A stretch of DNA of 64,000 nucleotides from Gammaproteobacteria bacterium (GTDB lineage: Bacteria > Pseudomonadota > Gammaproteobacteria > UBA4575): positions 214,454 to 278,453 of the forward strand of contig CBDCUI010000009.1 of NCBI GenBank assembly GCA_965222615.1, in the 5' to 3' direction. This document shows, piece after piece, positions 33,101-42,426 of the stretch. Numbering within the stretch: position 1 is the stretch's first letter; each line of letters opens with the position of its first letter. The notes below the pieces were generated by a model. It did not search any database. It was not told where the DNA came from and worked only from the letters and a program-made list of their open reading frames with translations. A program made the translations under genes and the position numbers.

Positions 33101-36100
33101 AACAATATTAGTTGGAATGTTGCCAGCATTGCTAGTGGAGCGAGTGTCGCATTGAGCTTTACCGCAGAAGTGCTCGCACCCACCGGTGTGGCCGATGAAT
33201 ACAAGAACACGGCCCAAGTTAGTGCTAGTGATCAAAGTGATCCGGACAGTACACCGAACAATGATGATGGCGATCAAAGCGAAGATGATGAAGACAGTGC
33301 ACTGGTGGTTCCACAAATCGATCCAACCGGTCGTTTTTATTGTGAAGATACCGGAGAGATCTTAACCGGTGGTTCGGTTGCATTTAGCTCATCAAACGGT
33401 GGTTCTACAACTGATTTCTTAGATGGTACTACAGGTGAATATCGTTCTGACTTTATCGCGCCTGCGGCGGGTACGATGTTTACCATGGCGATTACACCGC
33501 CACCAGGAACCATTTTAAGTGTGACTAGACCTGTAAACCCAACTCCCATTGCGCCCGCAGGAGCAGTTCCGGTAAATCTGGGTAGTACTGAACAGGGTAA
33601 TACTGGATTCTTAGTTGATTTCAGTGCAGCTGCAAATACACCTTGGTATGACACATTTACGATCGATCCGGGTGATCCCATTATTATCAATAACAATATA
33701 CCCGTAACGAATTGTGCAACCTCATCTATTTTGTTACGCAAAACTGCAGCTGAGCAAAGTGTAACAATTGGAAGTCTTGTTCAATATGAGATTAATGCAC
33801 GTGTGTTACTGCCATTACCGCTTACGGATATCGATATTGTCGATAACATTCCTGGCGGGTTCGTATATGTTGCAGACTCTGCAATTATTATTCGCGCCGG
33901 TGCGGATGGTGAGTTAAATACTATTGACGATGTAGTAACGAATGCCATAGTTACTGGAACCGATCCAATTACCTTTGAAGACATTGATTTTGCAGCTGGT
34001 GAAGAGCTAATTATTCGTTATTTCTTGCAAGTTACTTCGGGTGTGGTTGAAGGGCAATATGAAAATACTGCTCAATGCTTTAATCAAGGTAACTTAGCGG
34101 TTTGTAACCAAGCGGTTGCTTCAGTAGAAGTATCACAAGACCCGATTCTGGAGAAAACGACCATTATCGGCAAAGTTTGGGATGACATCGATCAAGATGG
34201 TTGGCAAGACAATGCCAATGCAAGCAATATCGTTGTGAAACATTTAAATGATGATAGTGAAGGAATAAATATTGAATCGATACCTGGACGTTCTGATCAG
34301 TTGGATCCTATTGAATTACACCAGGAAAATGTAACAGTCGCTATGTCAAATGATCATAACAATCCGGTTGTACTGACTTCGGCTGAAGGCACACGATTGG
34401 TTATCGATCAAACCGGTAAAGTCACTGCAGAACACACCGGCATGAAAGCCAAGGGCTTAACTGGGCAAGATTTGCAAGTGGCCAGCGTAATTGATAACGG
34501 CAAAATGCACCTTACTATTACAAACCATGGACTACATGAAGCCGGAATACCTGGTGTTCGTATTGCCAGCGTTGAGGGTTTATTAGTTGAAACGGATGAA
34601 TATGGTCGCTATCACTTAGCCGATATCGATGGTGGCCGTTGGGAACGCGGACGCAATTTTATACTTAAAGTAGATCCTCTAACTCTACCTGAAGGCGCTG
34701 AATTTACTACAGAAAATCCCCGTGTCTTACGTATAACACAAGGATTGATGAGTAAAATCAACTTTGGCGTGAAATTACCCAAGCAGGATGCCGTATATAA
34801 ACTGGAAATGCAGGAGCAACATAAGGCCTCTAGACACGAAATCGTCAAAACGCGTGAACTCGATGGAATTGTAGACCCAATTCATTTTGCGTCGGGTAAA
34901 GCCGATATCACGGATACATATATAGCTAAATTAGAGCGTGCCATTAGTAGTCTTTCCGACAAGGACAATGTGCGTATACACGTAGTTGGCCATACCGATA
35001 CACAATTGTTAACCCCGGCAACTGCTGCGAAGTTTAAAGATAACTACGGGCTCTCCATAGCAAGGGCAGAAGAAGTGGCCGCCAAATTGCGTTCTGAGCT
35101 GGGACTTAAAGTAACTTCGGTAGAAATTTCAGGCCGAGGCCCAGATGAACCTGTTGCCAGTAATGACAACCCAGAAGGCATGGCTAAAAACCGCAGAGTA
35201 GAGACGAGTTTACTTTTTGATGAAAGAATATCGAAAAAAATGGTGGCGACCAGCTATGAAAAAATCGCCGCGGGGCGTAGTGATGTATTACTACCTAAAG
35301 GTGGACGAGTTTGGGTGGTGGAAGATCCCACCAAGATTGATCTAAGACTGGACGTTATTTTCCATAGTGCGGTTGCAGTTGATAAAGGTGGGAAAGTCTC
35401 TGCTGTAAGCTTTAATAACTACAGCAATTACTTGGCTTACATTGATCGCTGGGAAGTAACGATTTATAACGACTCCGATGTTGATTTAATTTATCCAATT
35501 GCAAAGGTCTCAGGTGAGCGCAGCAATTTCTTGGCAATTCATGAACTGCAACTAGATGCCAGCACAAAACTAGACGATTCACTGTGGTACGTTTTGCGCG
35601 TACACGATTCCAAAGGACGCATGGATGAAACCGTGCCCAAACATCTTGCAGTCGTAGATGCGGAGCTTGCAGGAATGGAGCCAATATCAGAAGAGCAGCA
35701 AAGAGAGTTAAGTAGAAGCATTGTTGGTAAAAACAGCCTGAGTAATCAAAGAATCCCCATACATGGGTCTCGTGTGCGCTTAAATGGCAGTGGTATTGAT
35801 GCTGGTTATATATTGAGAATTAACGATCTCAGCATTCCAATTTCAGAAAAAGGCACATTTGCGACAGAACAACACTTACCAATCGGTACGCATAGCTTTG
35901 AGGTGAATGTAAGTGATGGCATTGACGATACAACCAGCAGAAATTTGAACGTAGATGTAAAAGGTAAGCATTTCTTCATGGTTGGTTTGGCTAATTTAAC
36001 GGTTGGTGAAAATAGTTTATCGGGAAGTGTTGAACCTCTGGGCGAAGACGATCACTTTGATGAAGATGTATGGATAGATGGCCGAGTTGCGTTCTATTTG

Positions 36101-38689
36101 AAAGGCAAAGTGAAAGGCAAGTATTTAATTACTGCACAACTGGATACTACTGAAGATGAATTGCGTAATTTGGGGGATCGTTTAGATGATGAGGATCCAC
36201 GTAGATTGTTCCGCAAGCTGGATCCTGATAAGTACTATGCCGTATATGGTGACGACTCCACTACGATAGATGATACCGATAGCCAGGGAATGTTTTATCT
36301 GCGCGTCGATTGGGATAAAAGTATGGCATTGTGGGGCAATTACAATACCGATATCACCGGTACCGAGTTTTCGCAATACAACCGCAGCTTATATGGTGCC
36401 AAGCTTGAACACCGAAATGTCGACACCACTGAATTTGGTGATCACAAACATGAAGTGCATGCATTTGCATCTCAAGCACAAAACGTTGCCGCGCACAATG
36501 AATTTGTTGCCACAGGTGGCTCCCTTTATTACTTGCGCGATACCGATATTGTTCAGGGTTCTGAAAAAGTTTGGGTGGAAGTTCGTAATCGTGATACCGA
36601 ACAAGTTACAGAAAACATCGCGTTAAAACACGGCCAAGATTACGACATCGATTATTTGCAAGGACGTATTATTTTAACGCGACCGCTTTCCCAGGTAGAT
36701 ATCGGTAATGGTCCAAACATTATTAAAGACCAACCTTTAGAAGGTGATGATGTATTCCTATTAGTGGATTACGAATACAACCCAGAATCATTTGATGCAG
36801 ACGACGTAACTGCCGGACTACGTGGCAAAGCCTGGTTAAATCAATACATTGGTATTGGTGGTACCTATATCAATGAAGAACGCAATGGCGAAGACTATGA
36901 GTTAAAAGGTGCTGATGTAACTCTGAAGGCAGGCAAGGGCACTTACATCAAACTTGAATATGCAGAAAGTGATGCCAACCAAACTAACCAAAACTTTATT
37001 TCAAATAATGGTGGAATTAACTTTAACAACAAGACCAATACACTAGACGAAAACAGTGATGGTGAAGCCTTAGGGATAGAAGCACGAGTTAATTTTGCAG
37101 AGATGACAGGCAATAAGCAGCAAGGTTATCTCATGGCGTGGTGGAAAGATCGTGATGCAAACTTTTCATCTACCGCGCGTCTCGATGATGGTATTGAAAC
37201 TACAGATACTGGTTTAGAAGGGGTGTGGCAGGCCACCGATAACTTGAAGTTAAGTACAAGAATTACCAATTTAGACAAACGCGGTGAAGGTGAGTTTACT
37301 GCTGCAAGCATACAAGGTGATTACAGCCTGACCGATCGTTTAACCCTGGGCGCAGAAATTCGTTACGAAGACGAAGAAGATGATACGGGTCTATTTGAAG
37401 ATACCGAAGCAACATTGGGTGGCCTCGCGTTGCGCTATAAGTTAACACCAGACACCGAAGTCTATGGCAGTGCACAAGCTGTGATTGCGGACGATAACGA
37501 TTATGAAAATAATGCCGGTGTAACCATTGGTGCCAGTCGTCAACTTAATACAAGATTGGCATTAAAAGGCGAAGTTACGACAGGTGATCGTGGTGAAGCG
37601 ATTGTACTTGGCGGTGAATATGCAGTAACACCGAATACCAATATTAGTATTAATGCTGGGTTTGGTGAAGGTGCAGCAAGTCAGATCGGTACGAATTATG
37701 TCACTGCAAATGGAATGGAGCTTTATGGCAGTTATGCAGTGGATCCTGATCGCACCGATAGTGGTTCCAATATGTTCACGTTTGGTACCAAACGCAGATT
37801 CCAGAACGGTTTAACAATATTTACTGAGAGTCAATTTGGCGAAGGTGACGAAGAACAAAGTATCGGCCGTACCTACGGCTTGGATTATGATCTGACTGAA
37901 CAATGGCGACTTAGTGCATCAATACAAAGTAATGATTTAGATCGTGATTTAGGTGATATTGATAGACGTGCAGCTACCGTAGGCGCTAAGTTTAGAAATA
38001 AAACGGTTCAGTTTGGTAGTGTGCTTGAATATCGTGAAGATGATGATCGCTCAACCGACTTGGATAACACTCAATGGCTTACCAGTAACACCATTGAATG
38101 GCAGAAAAGTGAAAACTTGAGGTTGCTGGGTAAACTAGATTTGTCTACGACTCATAGCGATAGCAATAAAGGCGATGAAGCAAAATATGCCGAGATCGAT
38201 CTTGGTTTTGCTTATCGACCTGCAACATATGATCGCTGGAATATTTTAGGCAAATATACCTTCTTGTATGACTTAGGTAGCAGTGGCCAGGATGATGTGA
38301 CACCAGAAGAGCGTGCGCACATCTTCTCGCTAGAAGGCATTTATGACCTTAATCAAAAATGGGAGCTTGGCGCTAAGTATGCACATCGCGAAGGCGATCT
38401 GCGTTTAACACGTGGATCCGGCCCATGGTTTGAATCGGGCGCACATTTAGCTGTAATTCGATCTCGATACCACTTCATTAAGAAATGGGATGCCTTGTTT
38501 GAATACCGTTGGTTGGAAAGTGAAAGCGAAGATGATGAAAAACATGGCGCTTTAGTCGCGGCATACAGGCACCTAGGCAAACACTTTAAAGTCGGTGCTG
38601 GGTATAACTTTACTGACTTTAATGACGACCTTACGGACAACGATTATGATAGCGATGGTTGGTTTATAGATATAGTAGGTAAGTACTAA
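30167..38689 (+). CDS. Giant repetitive cell-surface protein (2840 aa): signal peptide, 7 DUF11-like 138-aa repeats, internal OmpA-like peptidoglycan-binding domain, C-terminal beta-barrel-like region
   Basis: Signal peptide MRTKDFVSHLLLLISIYALAVSSA. Seven tandem units (LxKxVxNxxPxxG(D/E)xVTFxIxVxNxGP...NNDDGDQSEDDED). A GKVWDDIDQDGWQD SdrD/CnaB-like motif sits near aa 1300. OmpA-like segment HVVGHTDTQ...GLSIARAEEVAAKL...NRRVE at about nt 34850-35200. The last ~1000 aa are Gly/Tyr/Asp-rich and end ...WFIDIVGKY with an aromatic terminus. Confidence 0.8.
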   Translation: MRTKDFVSHLLLLISIYALAVSSANSSDSAEVANWQTTFNSVNSSTYVEDRLWTPEIYSRLATADTHSNNNSRSSQSKYHKKRKKRKQADLSLRKSVNNPRPDVGEFVTFTITVKNDGPAGTDYAVADVIPRGYTHITNISKGGHLEGNVITWKHNWIDAGVKQTFSFRALVKEKTGAKDEYKNVAQIIKSNRPDPDSKPNNDDGDQSEDDEDFAIVEPQSNVADFSLHKNVDNRTPNIGDVVTFTISVKNYGPAGGDYDVQDLLPPGFSKISYINRGGILKGNKITWKGQWIGKGETQVFKFRATVNSPKCVADEYKNIAQIIKSNRPDPDSTPNNDDGDQSEDDEDSVVVIPNTDICDTNNADLSLQKTVDNKTPNIGDVVTFKIKVKNDGPSGADYHLEDVVPSGFSNITGITRNGALAGNTITWKRQWIDKGEIQVFKFHTTVNSPKCVASEYKNVAQIIKSNRPDPDSTPNNDDGDQSEDDEDSAAVIPNTNICDIGTSDLSLNKTVNNATPNVGDTVTFSIVVSNAGPDAATNVGVSDIVPVGYSNISNVSNGGSVNGNNISWNVASIASGASVALSFSAEVLAPTGVADEYKNTAQVSASDQSDPDSTPNNDDGDQSEDDEDSASVIPGGSAGVADLMLTKSVDNATPNVGEVVTFSIVVSNAGPDAATNVGVSDIVPVGYSNISNVSNGGSVNGNNISWSVASIASGASVALSFTAEVLAPTGVADEYKNTAQASASDQSDPDSTPNNDDGDQSEDDEDSASVIPGGSAGVADLMLTKSVDNATPNVGEVVTFSIVVSNAGPDAATNVGVSDIVPVGYSNISNVSNGGSVNGNNISWSVASIASGASVALSFSAEVLAPTGVADEYKNTAQVSASDQSDPDSTPNNDDGDQSEDDEDSASVIPGGSAGVADLMLTKSVDNATPNVGEVVTFSIVVSNAGPDAATNVGVSDIVPVGYSNISNVSNGGSVNGNNISWNVASIASGASVALSFTAEVLAPTGVADEYKNTAQVSASDQSDPDSTPNNDDGDQSEDDEDSALVVPQIDPTGRFYCEDTGEILTGGSVAFSSSNGGSTTDFLDGTTGEYRSDFIAPAAGTMFTMAITPPPGTILSVTRPVNPTPIAPAGAVPVNLGSTEQGNTGFLVDFSAAANTPWYDTFTIDPGDPIIINNNIPVTNCATSSILLRKTAAEQSVTIGSLVQYEINARVLLPLPLTDIDIVDNIPGGFVYVADSAIIIRAGADGELNTIDDVVTNAIVTGTDPITFEDIDFAAGEELIIRYFLQVTSGVVEGQYENTAQCFNQGNLAVCNQAVASVEVSQDPILEKTTIIGKVWDDIDQDGWQDNANASNIVVKHLNDDSEGINIESIPGRSDQLDPIELHQENVTVAMSNDHNNPVVLTSAEGTRLVIDQTGKVTAEHTGMKAKGLTGQDLQVASVIDNGKMHLTITNHGLHEAGIPGVRIASVEGLLVETDEYGRYHLADIDGGRWERGRNFILKVDPLTLPEGAEFTTENPRVLRITQGLMSKINFGVKLPKQDAVYKLEMQEQHKASRHEIVKTRELDGIVDPIHFASGKADITDTYIAKLERAISSLSDKDNVRIHVVGHTDTQLLTPATAAKFKDNYGLSIARAEEVAAKLRSELGLKVTSVEISGRGPDEPVASNDNPEGMAKNRRVETSLLFDERISKKMVATSYEKIAAGRSDVLLPKGGRVWVVEDPTKIDLRLDVIFHSAVAVDKGGKVSAVSFNNYSNYLAYIDRWEVTIYNDSDVDLIYPIAKVSGERSNFLAIHELQLDASTKLDDSLWYVLRVHDSKGRMDETVPKHLAVVDAELAGMEPISEEQQRELSRSIVGKNSLSNQRIPIHGSRVRLNGSGIDAGYILRINDLSIPISEKGTFATEQHLPIGTHSFEVNVSDGIDDTTSRNLNVDVKGKHFFMVGLANLTVGENSLSGSVEPLGEDDHFDEDVWIDGRVAFYLKGKVKGKYLITAQLDTTEDELRNLGDRLDDEDPRRLFRKLDPDKYYAVYGDDSTTIDDTDSQGMFYLRVDWDKSMALWGNYNTDITGTEFSQYNRSLYGAKLEHRNVDTTEFGDHKHEVHAFASQAQNVAAHNEFVATGGSLYYLRDTDIVQGSEKVWVEVRNRDTEQVTENIALKHGQDYDIDYLQGRIILTRPLSQVDIGNGPNIIKDQPLEGDDVFLLVDYEYNPESFDADDVTAGLRGKAWLNQYIGIGGTYINEERNGEDYELKGADVTLKAGKGTYIKLEYAESDANQTNQNFISNNGGINFNNKTNTLDENSDGEALGIEARVNFAEMTGNKQQGYLMAWWKDRDANFSSTARLDDGIETTDTGLEGVWQATDNLKLSTRITNLDKRGEGEFTAASIQGDYSLTDRLTLGAEIRYEDEEDDTGLFEDTEATLGGLALRYKLTPDTEVYGSAQAVIADDNDYENNAGVTIGASRQLNTRLALKGEVTTGDRGEAIVLGGEYAVTPNTNISINAGFGEGAASQIGTNYVTANGMELYGSYAVDPDRTDSGSNMFTFGTKRRFQNGLTIFTESQFGEGDEEQSIGRTYGLDYDLTEQWRLSASIQSNDLDRDLGDIDRRAATVGAKFRNKTVQFGSVLEYREDDDRSTDLDNTQWLTSNTIEWQKSENLRLLGKLDLSTTHSDSNKGDEAKYAEIDLGFAYRPATYDRWNILGKYTFLYDLGSSGQDDVTPEERAHIFSLEGIYDLNQKWELGAKYAHREGDLRLTRGSGPWFESGAHLAVIRSRYHFIKKWDALFEYRWLESESEDDEKHGALVAAYRHLGKHFKVGAGYNFTDFNDDLTDNDYDSDGWFIDIVGKY
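30434..33331 (+). repeat. Seven tandem 414-bp (138-codon) coding repeats; the last four (31676-33331) are near-identical at nucleotide level
   Basis: The period is visible as GCCGATCTGATGTTAACCAAG at 32090, 32504 and 32918 (414 bp apart) and as identical reverse-strand shadow ORFs at 32032, 32446 and 32860. The first three units are diverged. Confidence 0.85.
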
Positions 38690-38707
38690 AATTTAATTGT
38701 TATCAAA

Positions 38708-39136
38708 ATGGCTGAAAACAGAATTCTAAAGAGCCAAGAAGTCCTGTCACAGGCGGCAAACTATGCGCCAATTATTGAAACCTTTGGGATGAAGCTTTCA
38801 TATAATGAGGATAATGAAGCAGTATGGACATTACCTTTTACTAAAAGCCTAACCAATGGCGTTACCATCCATGGAGGCGCTATCGCCACGCTTTTAGATT
38901 GTGCTGGTTGGTTTACGCTATCGCAGTATTACGAAAACTGGATAGCAACCGTTGACTTCAATACCAATTTAATAACCTATGCCAAAGATGAGACCCTTGT
39001 TGCTACCGGGCATGTCGTCAAGATTGGAAAAAGAATATCCAACTCAACAATGGAAGTTGTCTCAGAAAAAGACGGCAGAATCATTGCAACAGGTACCGGA
39101 ACATACGCATTGACTTCAGTGCCATTTCCTATCTAG
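38708..39136 (+). CDS. PaaI/YbgC-type hotdog-fold thioesterase
   Basis: 142 aa. HGGAIATLLDCAGW motif typical of the PaaI-family 4HBT fold. Confidence 0.65.
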   Translation: MAENRILKSQEVLSQAANYAPIIETFGMKLSYNEDNEAVWTLPFTKSLTNGVTIHGGAIATLLDCAGWFTLSQYYENWIATVDFNTNLITYAKDETLVATGHVVKIGKRISNSTMEVVSEKDGRIIATGTGTYALTSVPFPI

Positions 39137-39250
39137 TGATACTTGGAATATTTTGAGTAAATATACATTCGTTAAGCTGGTGTTTTAGTAGTTTTTTAAT
39201 CCCAACTTCTGCCTAATTGTTGGGTAATGATCTTAATACCCATATAATGT

Positions 39251-40640
39251 CCGCTAACGACCCAATGTATGGACACCTCCAAGCTAAGCAATTAGTTTGT
39301 GTGGTGTTAGAAACACAAAAGAAGGAGTCCATACATGAAACATCTAAACATAGTTGGCGTTGATTTAGCAAAAAACGTAATCCAAGTTTGCGTGATGCGC
39401 GCGCAGCGACAAGAAGTAATCAATCGTTCCTATAGTCGTACTAAATTTGCAGTATTTCTCGTTAAACAACAGCGCAGTGTCATCGCCTTTGAAGCATGTG
39501 CCAGTAGTCATTATTGGGCACGAAAAGCCAAAGCATTGGGGCATACCATCAAAATCATTCCGGCAAAAGCGATCACACCGTATCGTCAAGGCCATAAAAC
39601 CGATATCAATGATGCCCGCGCGATCGCTGAAGCGGCGAGCCGTCCCCACCTACTTGAAGCCCCATTAAAGAGTGTTGAACAACAAGGCTTGCAAGCCGTA
39701 CAACGTTCAAGAGAGCTTTTGGTACAAGAGCGAACCGGTCTATCCAACCACATCCGTGGCATATTGATGGAATTTGGCATCGTCATTCCTAAAGGCTTTG
39801 CCGCCTTGCATCAACAGATACCCGAGGTACTAGAAGATGGGGAGAACGAGCTACCCGATCTATATCGCCCGACGTTACAGATATTGTACGAACGCTTAGT
39901 GCAACTCAAAACAACCATCACGATACTTGATCAACAAATTGCCGCCCTCATCAAACAACATCCAGGTTGCGAAACGCTCATGAAGATAGAAGGTGTGGGC
40001 CCAATCAGTGCGATATTACTGTATGCCAGCCTTGGTAGTGGCGATGCGTTTAGCCAAGGTAGACAATATGCGGCGTACTTAGGGTTAACGCCCAAGCAAT
40101 ACAGCAGTGGCGGGAAAACGAATCTTATTGGGATAAGTAAAAAGGTTGCGAATAAACGTTTGCGCTCCGTACTCATTCAAGGAGCACGTGCTTATGTGCA
40201 CAAGCTCAAAGAACCGAAAAGCCAAAAAGATCGCTGGCTGCTGGCACTGATTGAACGTGCCGGCTATGGCAAGGCGGCGGTAGCGTTAGCCAACAAAAAT
40301 GTGCGCACCGCATGGGCCATGCTGACCCGGGGGACAACGTACAATAAACAACATACAACCACGATGCACATTGCATAAAAACAAAACCAAGACACTACGT
40401 TACATAAAAGTGTAGAAGAGGTTAGGCAAGTAGACCTAGGTAAAGAATAAAGAGATTCGCTTCGATGAAACCTGCTCCGCTTTGAGGATAAATAGAATCC
40501 ATCGACCCAATGAGGCATCGAAGTGCGCATACATACAGGGCTAGAAGATCGCAACTTCACGAAAAAGCCGAATATACATCTGCGTCTTTTTCTTTATCAA
40601 TTTCTGTTTGCTAAACTGGCGGTGTCCATATACAAAGCGG
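39251..40640 (+). mobile_element. IS110-family insertion sequence (element 1)
   Basis: Interrupts the backbone segment right after ...CCGCTAACGA. Subterminal inverted motifs GTATGGACACC (39256) and GGTGTCCATATAC (40621). Transposase at 39335-40378 plus a 260-bp noncoding 3' end. A 90-bp remnant of this 3' end recurs at 43791-43880. Confidence 0.6.
39335..40378 (+). CDS. IS110-family transposase
   Basis: 347 aa. N-terminal DEDD-type domain MKHLNIVGVDLAKNVIQVCV; C-terminal GVGPISAILLYASLG...AAYLGLTPKQYSSGGK motif characteristic of IS110/IS1111 transposases. Confidence 0.85.
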   Translation: MKHLNIVGVDLAKNVIQVCVMRAQRQEVINRSYSRTKFAVFLVKQQRSVIAFEACASSHYWARKAKALGHTIKIIPAKAITPYRQGHKTDINDARAIAEAASRPHLLEAPLKSVEQQGLQAVQRSRELLVQERTGLSNHIRGILMEFGIVIPKGFAALHQQIPEVLEDGENELPDLYRPTLQILYERLVQLKTTITILDQQIAALIKQHPGCETLMKIEGVGPISAILLYASLGSGDAFSQGRQYAAYLGLTPKQYSSGGKTNLIGISKKVANKRLRSVLIQGARAYVHKLKEPKSQKDRWLLALIERAGYGKAAVALANKNVRTAWAMLTRGTTYNKQHTTTMHIA

Positions 40641-40855
40641 ACAAATATAAATTATGCTTTGTGATTATATACTTTGGTTTCTTATGGCCGCTTTTCTGAT
40701 CGTGGTTTTAAAGCACAGTTATGTTTTATATATGTATTTAGTCAGAAAAGAAAGCATATCTATGACAGATAGTGCATCTAAGGTCTATTCGCTATTACTG
40801 TTATTAGCGGTTGCCCTGAGCTTGATTTGCCAATTAAACATTATTGATTAAATGT

Positions 40856-42289
40856 CCGTATATGGCCTCCCTCCGTTTGCAAGCAAAATATTCAATGACA
40901 AAGTAGAGTCGACTGCACACGTATATTCGGCCTCTATTGATAGCAAGCGCTATTGATAGCAAGCGTTGATGCTGGGCCAGGATGGTGTATTCGCACCTAA
41001 GCACCCAATCGCTATTACGTACTCGAAGTACCTGGACATTCACGGGTTACGCTTAGGTCGGTTCGACCGGTTTGCCATCTAATAAATTACTTTGCAATCG
41101 TGGTAGATAATCCTCTTAAGTGTAAGTACATGTAATTTCGTTAATTGTTTTATTTCACATAAGCGCAAAGTTCGGATCATATTCACTTTCATCTCGCAAC
41201 ATTGCAAATGCCATACGCACGGTTTTATTCGCCAGTGCGACAGCGGCCACATTCGTATGTTTGGTTTTAGAAAGATGCGTGACCCACTGACTCAATCGAT
41301 CCTCTTTATGTTTCGCTTGCGAGACGACAGCCCTTGCTCCGTGAATGAGTAAGGTGCGCAGATAGGCATCGCCGCGTTTACTGATTTCCAGTAAACGCTC
41401 TTTATTGCCTGAACTGTGTTGTCTGGGGGTTAAGCCTAAGGCTGCCGCCATCTGGCGACTGCTCTTGTATTGTTTGGCATCGCCTACCGTGGCAATCAAT
41501 GCTGTGGCCACCATCGGCCCGACCCCTCGTAGCTGTTGTAGACGCTTGGTGACTTCGTTTTGTTTGGCCTGTTGTTCAATCGTTTGATCAAGTTCTTTTA
41601 CACGCGCATCTAATGTTAGTACGTCATGTTGAAGTCCCTGTAGTAAAGAACGAAAGTGTGGCGTTAAGCCATTCTCTCCGTCTTCTAACCAAGTCGGTAT
41701 TGCAGCGCGTAATCGATGTAACTGTTGGGGTGCGACTAAGCCATATTCACTCACTAAGCCTCGAATCTGATTGGCTTTAGCGGTGCGTTGTTGCACCAAA
41801 GTATTACGCACACGATGCAGGGCCTGAATGTCTTGCTGTTCAATACTTTTGATCGTGACAAAGCGCATGTTGGGGCGACTCATGGCTTCGCAAATGGCTT
41901 CGGCATCGTTGGCATCATTCTTGTTGCTCTTTACATAAGGCTTTACAAACTGGGGTGCAATCAATTTCACCACATAGCCTCGTTGTTGTAATACACGAGC
42001 CCAGTGGTGTGCACCCGAACAGGCCTCCATGCCAATCTCACCACCCGGTTCAACATGCTCCACTAATACCTTAAGCCACTTGCTTCGAGATAAGCGTCGT
42101 TTGAATACGCACTTTCCCGTGCGATCCACCCCGTGTAGTTGAAAAACATGCTTTGCCAAATCCACACCCATGCGTGTAATCTTGTTCATGTATGGTCTCC
42201 TTTATTCAAAGTAACTGGTTCTATCGCTTCCAGTATGGGCACATTACGATGCCGTTTAAAGTTGAGGGAGGCCATACCATTGCTATTGG
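40856..42289 (-). mobile_element. IS110-family insertion sequence, copy A (identical to copy B apart from a 16-bp internal tandem duplication)
   Basis: 1434 bp identical to 44249-45666 except for an extra TATTGATAGCAAGCGC near 40930. Flanks diverge outside these coordinates. About 300 bp of noncoding sequence lies 3' of the transposase. Confidence 0.8.
41155..42189 (-). CDS. IS110-family transposase (copy A)
   Basis: 344 aa. MNKITRMGVDLAKHVFQLHGVD N-terminus; LRGVGPMVATALIATVGD...AAALGLTPRQHSSGNK C-terminal motif. Confidence 0.85.
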   Translation of the reverse strand: MNKITRMGVDLAKHVFQLHGVDRTGKCVFKRRLSRSKWLKVLVEHVEPGGEIGMEACSGAHHWARVLQQRGYVVKLIAPQFVKPYVKSNKNDANDAEAICEAMSRPNMRFVTIKSIEQQDIQALHRVRNTLVQQRTAKANQIRGLVSEYGLVAPQQLHRLRAAIPTWLEDGENGLTPHFRSLLQGLQHDVLTLDARVKELDQTIEQQAKQNEVTKRLQQLRGVGPMVATALIATVGDAKQYKSSRQMAAALGLTPRQHSSGNKERLLEISKRGDAYLRTLLIHGARAVVSQAKHKEDRLSQWVTHLSKTKHTNVAAVALANKTVRMAFAMLRDESEYDPNFALM

Positions 42290-42426
42290 ACGAAAGCAGA
42301 CATAATTGAGGACAAATCAGGTTGGAATCAACAAACTACAAACATAAAATGACTGCTTACGACTGCCGATTCAATTGATCACCGCAACACTTTATCTTAA
42401 GTAACAAAAAAGATGGAGTGTGAAGG

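Noticed and set aside
31609-33316. Series of 60-128-aa reverse-strand ORFs from the ORF track (e.g. 31688-32035, 32032-32214, 32102-32449)
   Set aside because: They are identical shadow frames created by the tandem repeats inside the + strand giant gene. They have no independent start or RBS context, and their period equals the repeat length.
30434-33331. Regularly spaced near-identical repeats that could suggest a CRISPR array
   Set aside because: The period is 414 bp, not 28-37 bp; the repeats are in-frame coding units of the giant surface protein with no short spacer/repeat alternation. No CRISPR array is present anywhere in the window.
40654-40851. 65-aa hydrophobic ORF between IS110 element 1 and copy A
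   Set aside because: It lies in IS-junction debris, has no RBS and is likely a chance frame. It is noted only as part of the nested-insertion region.
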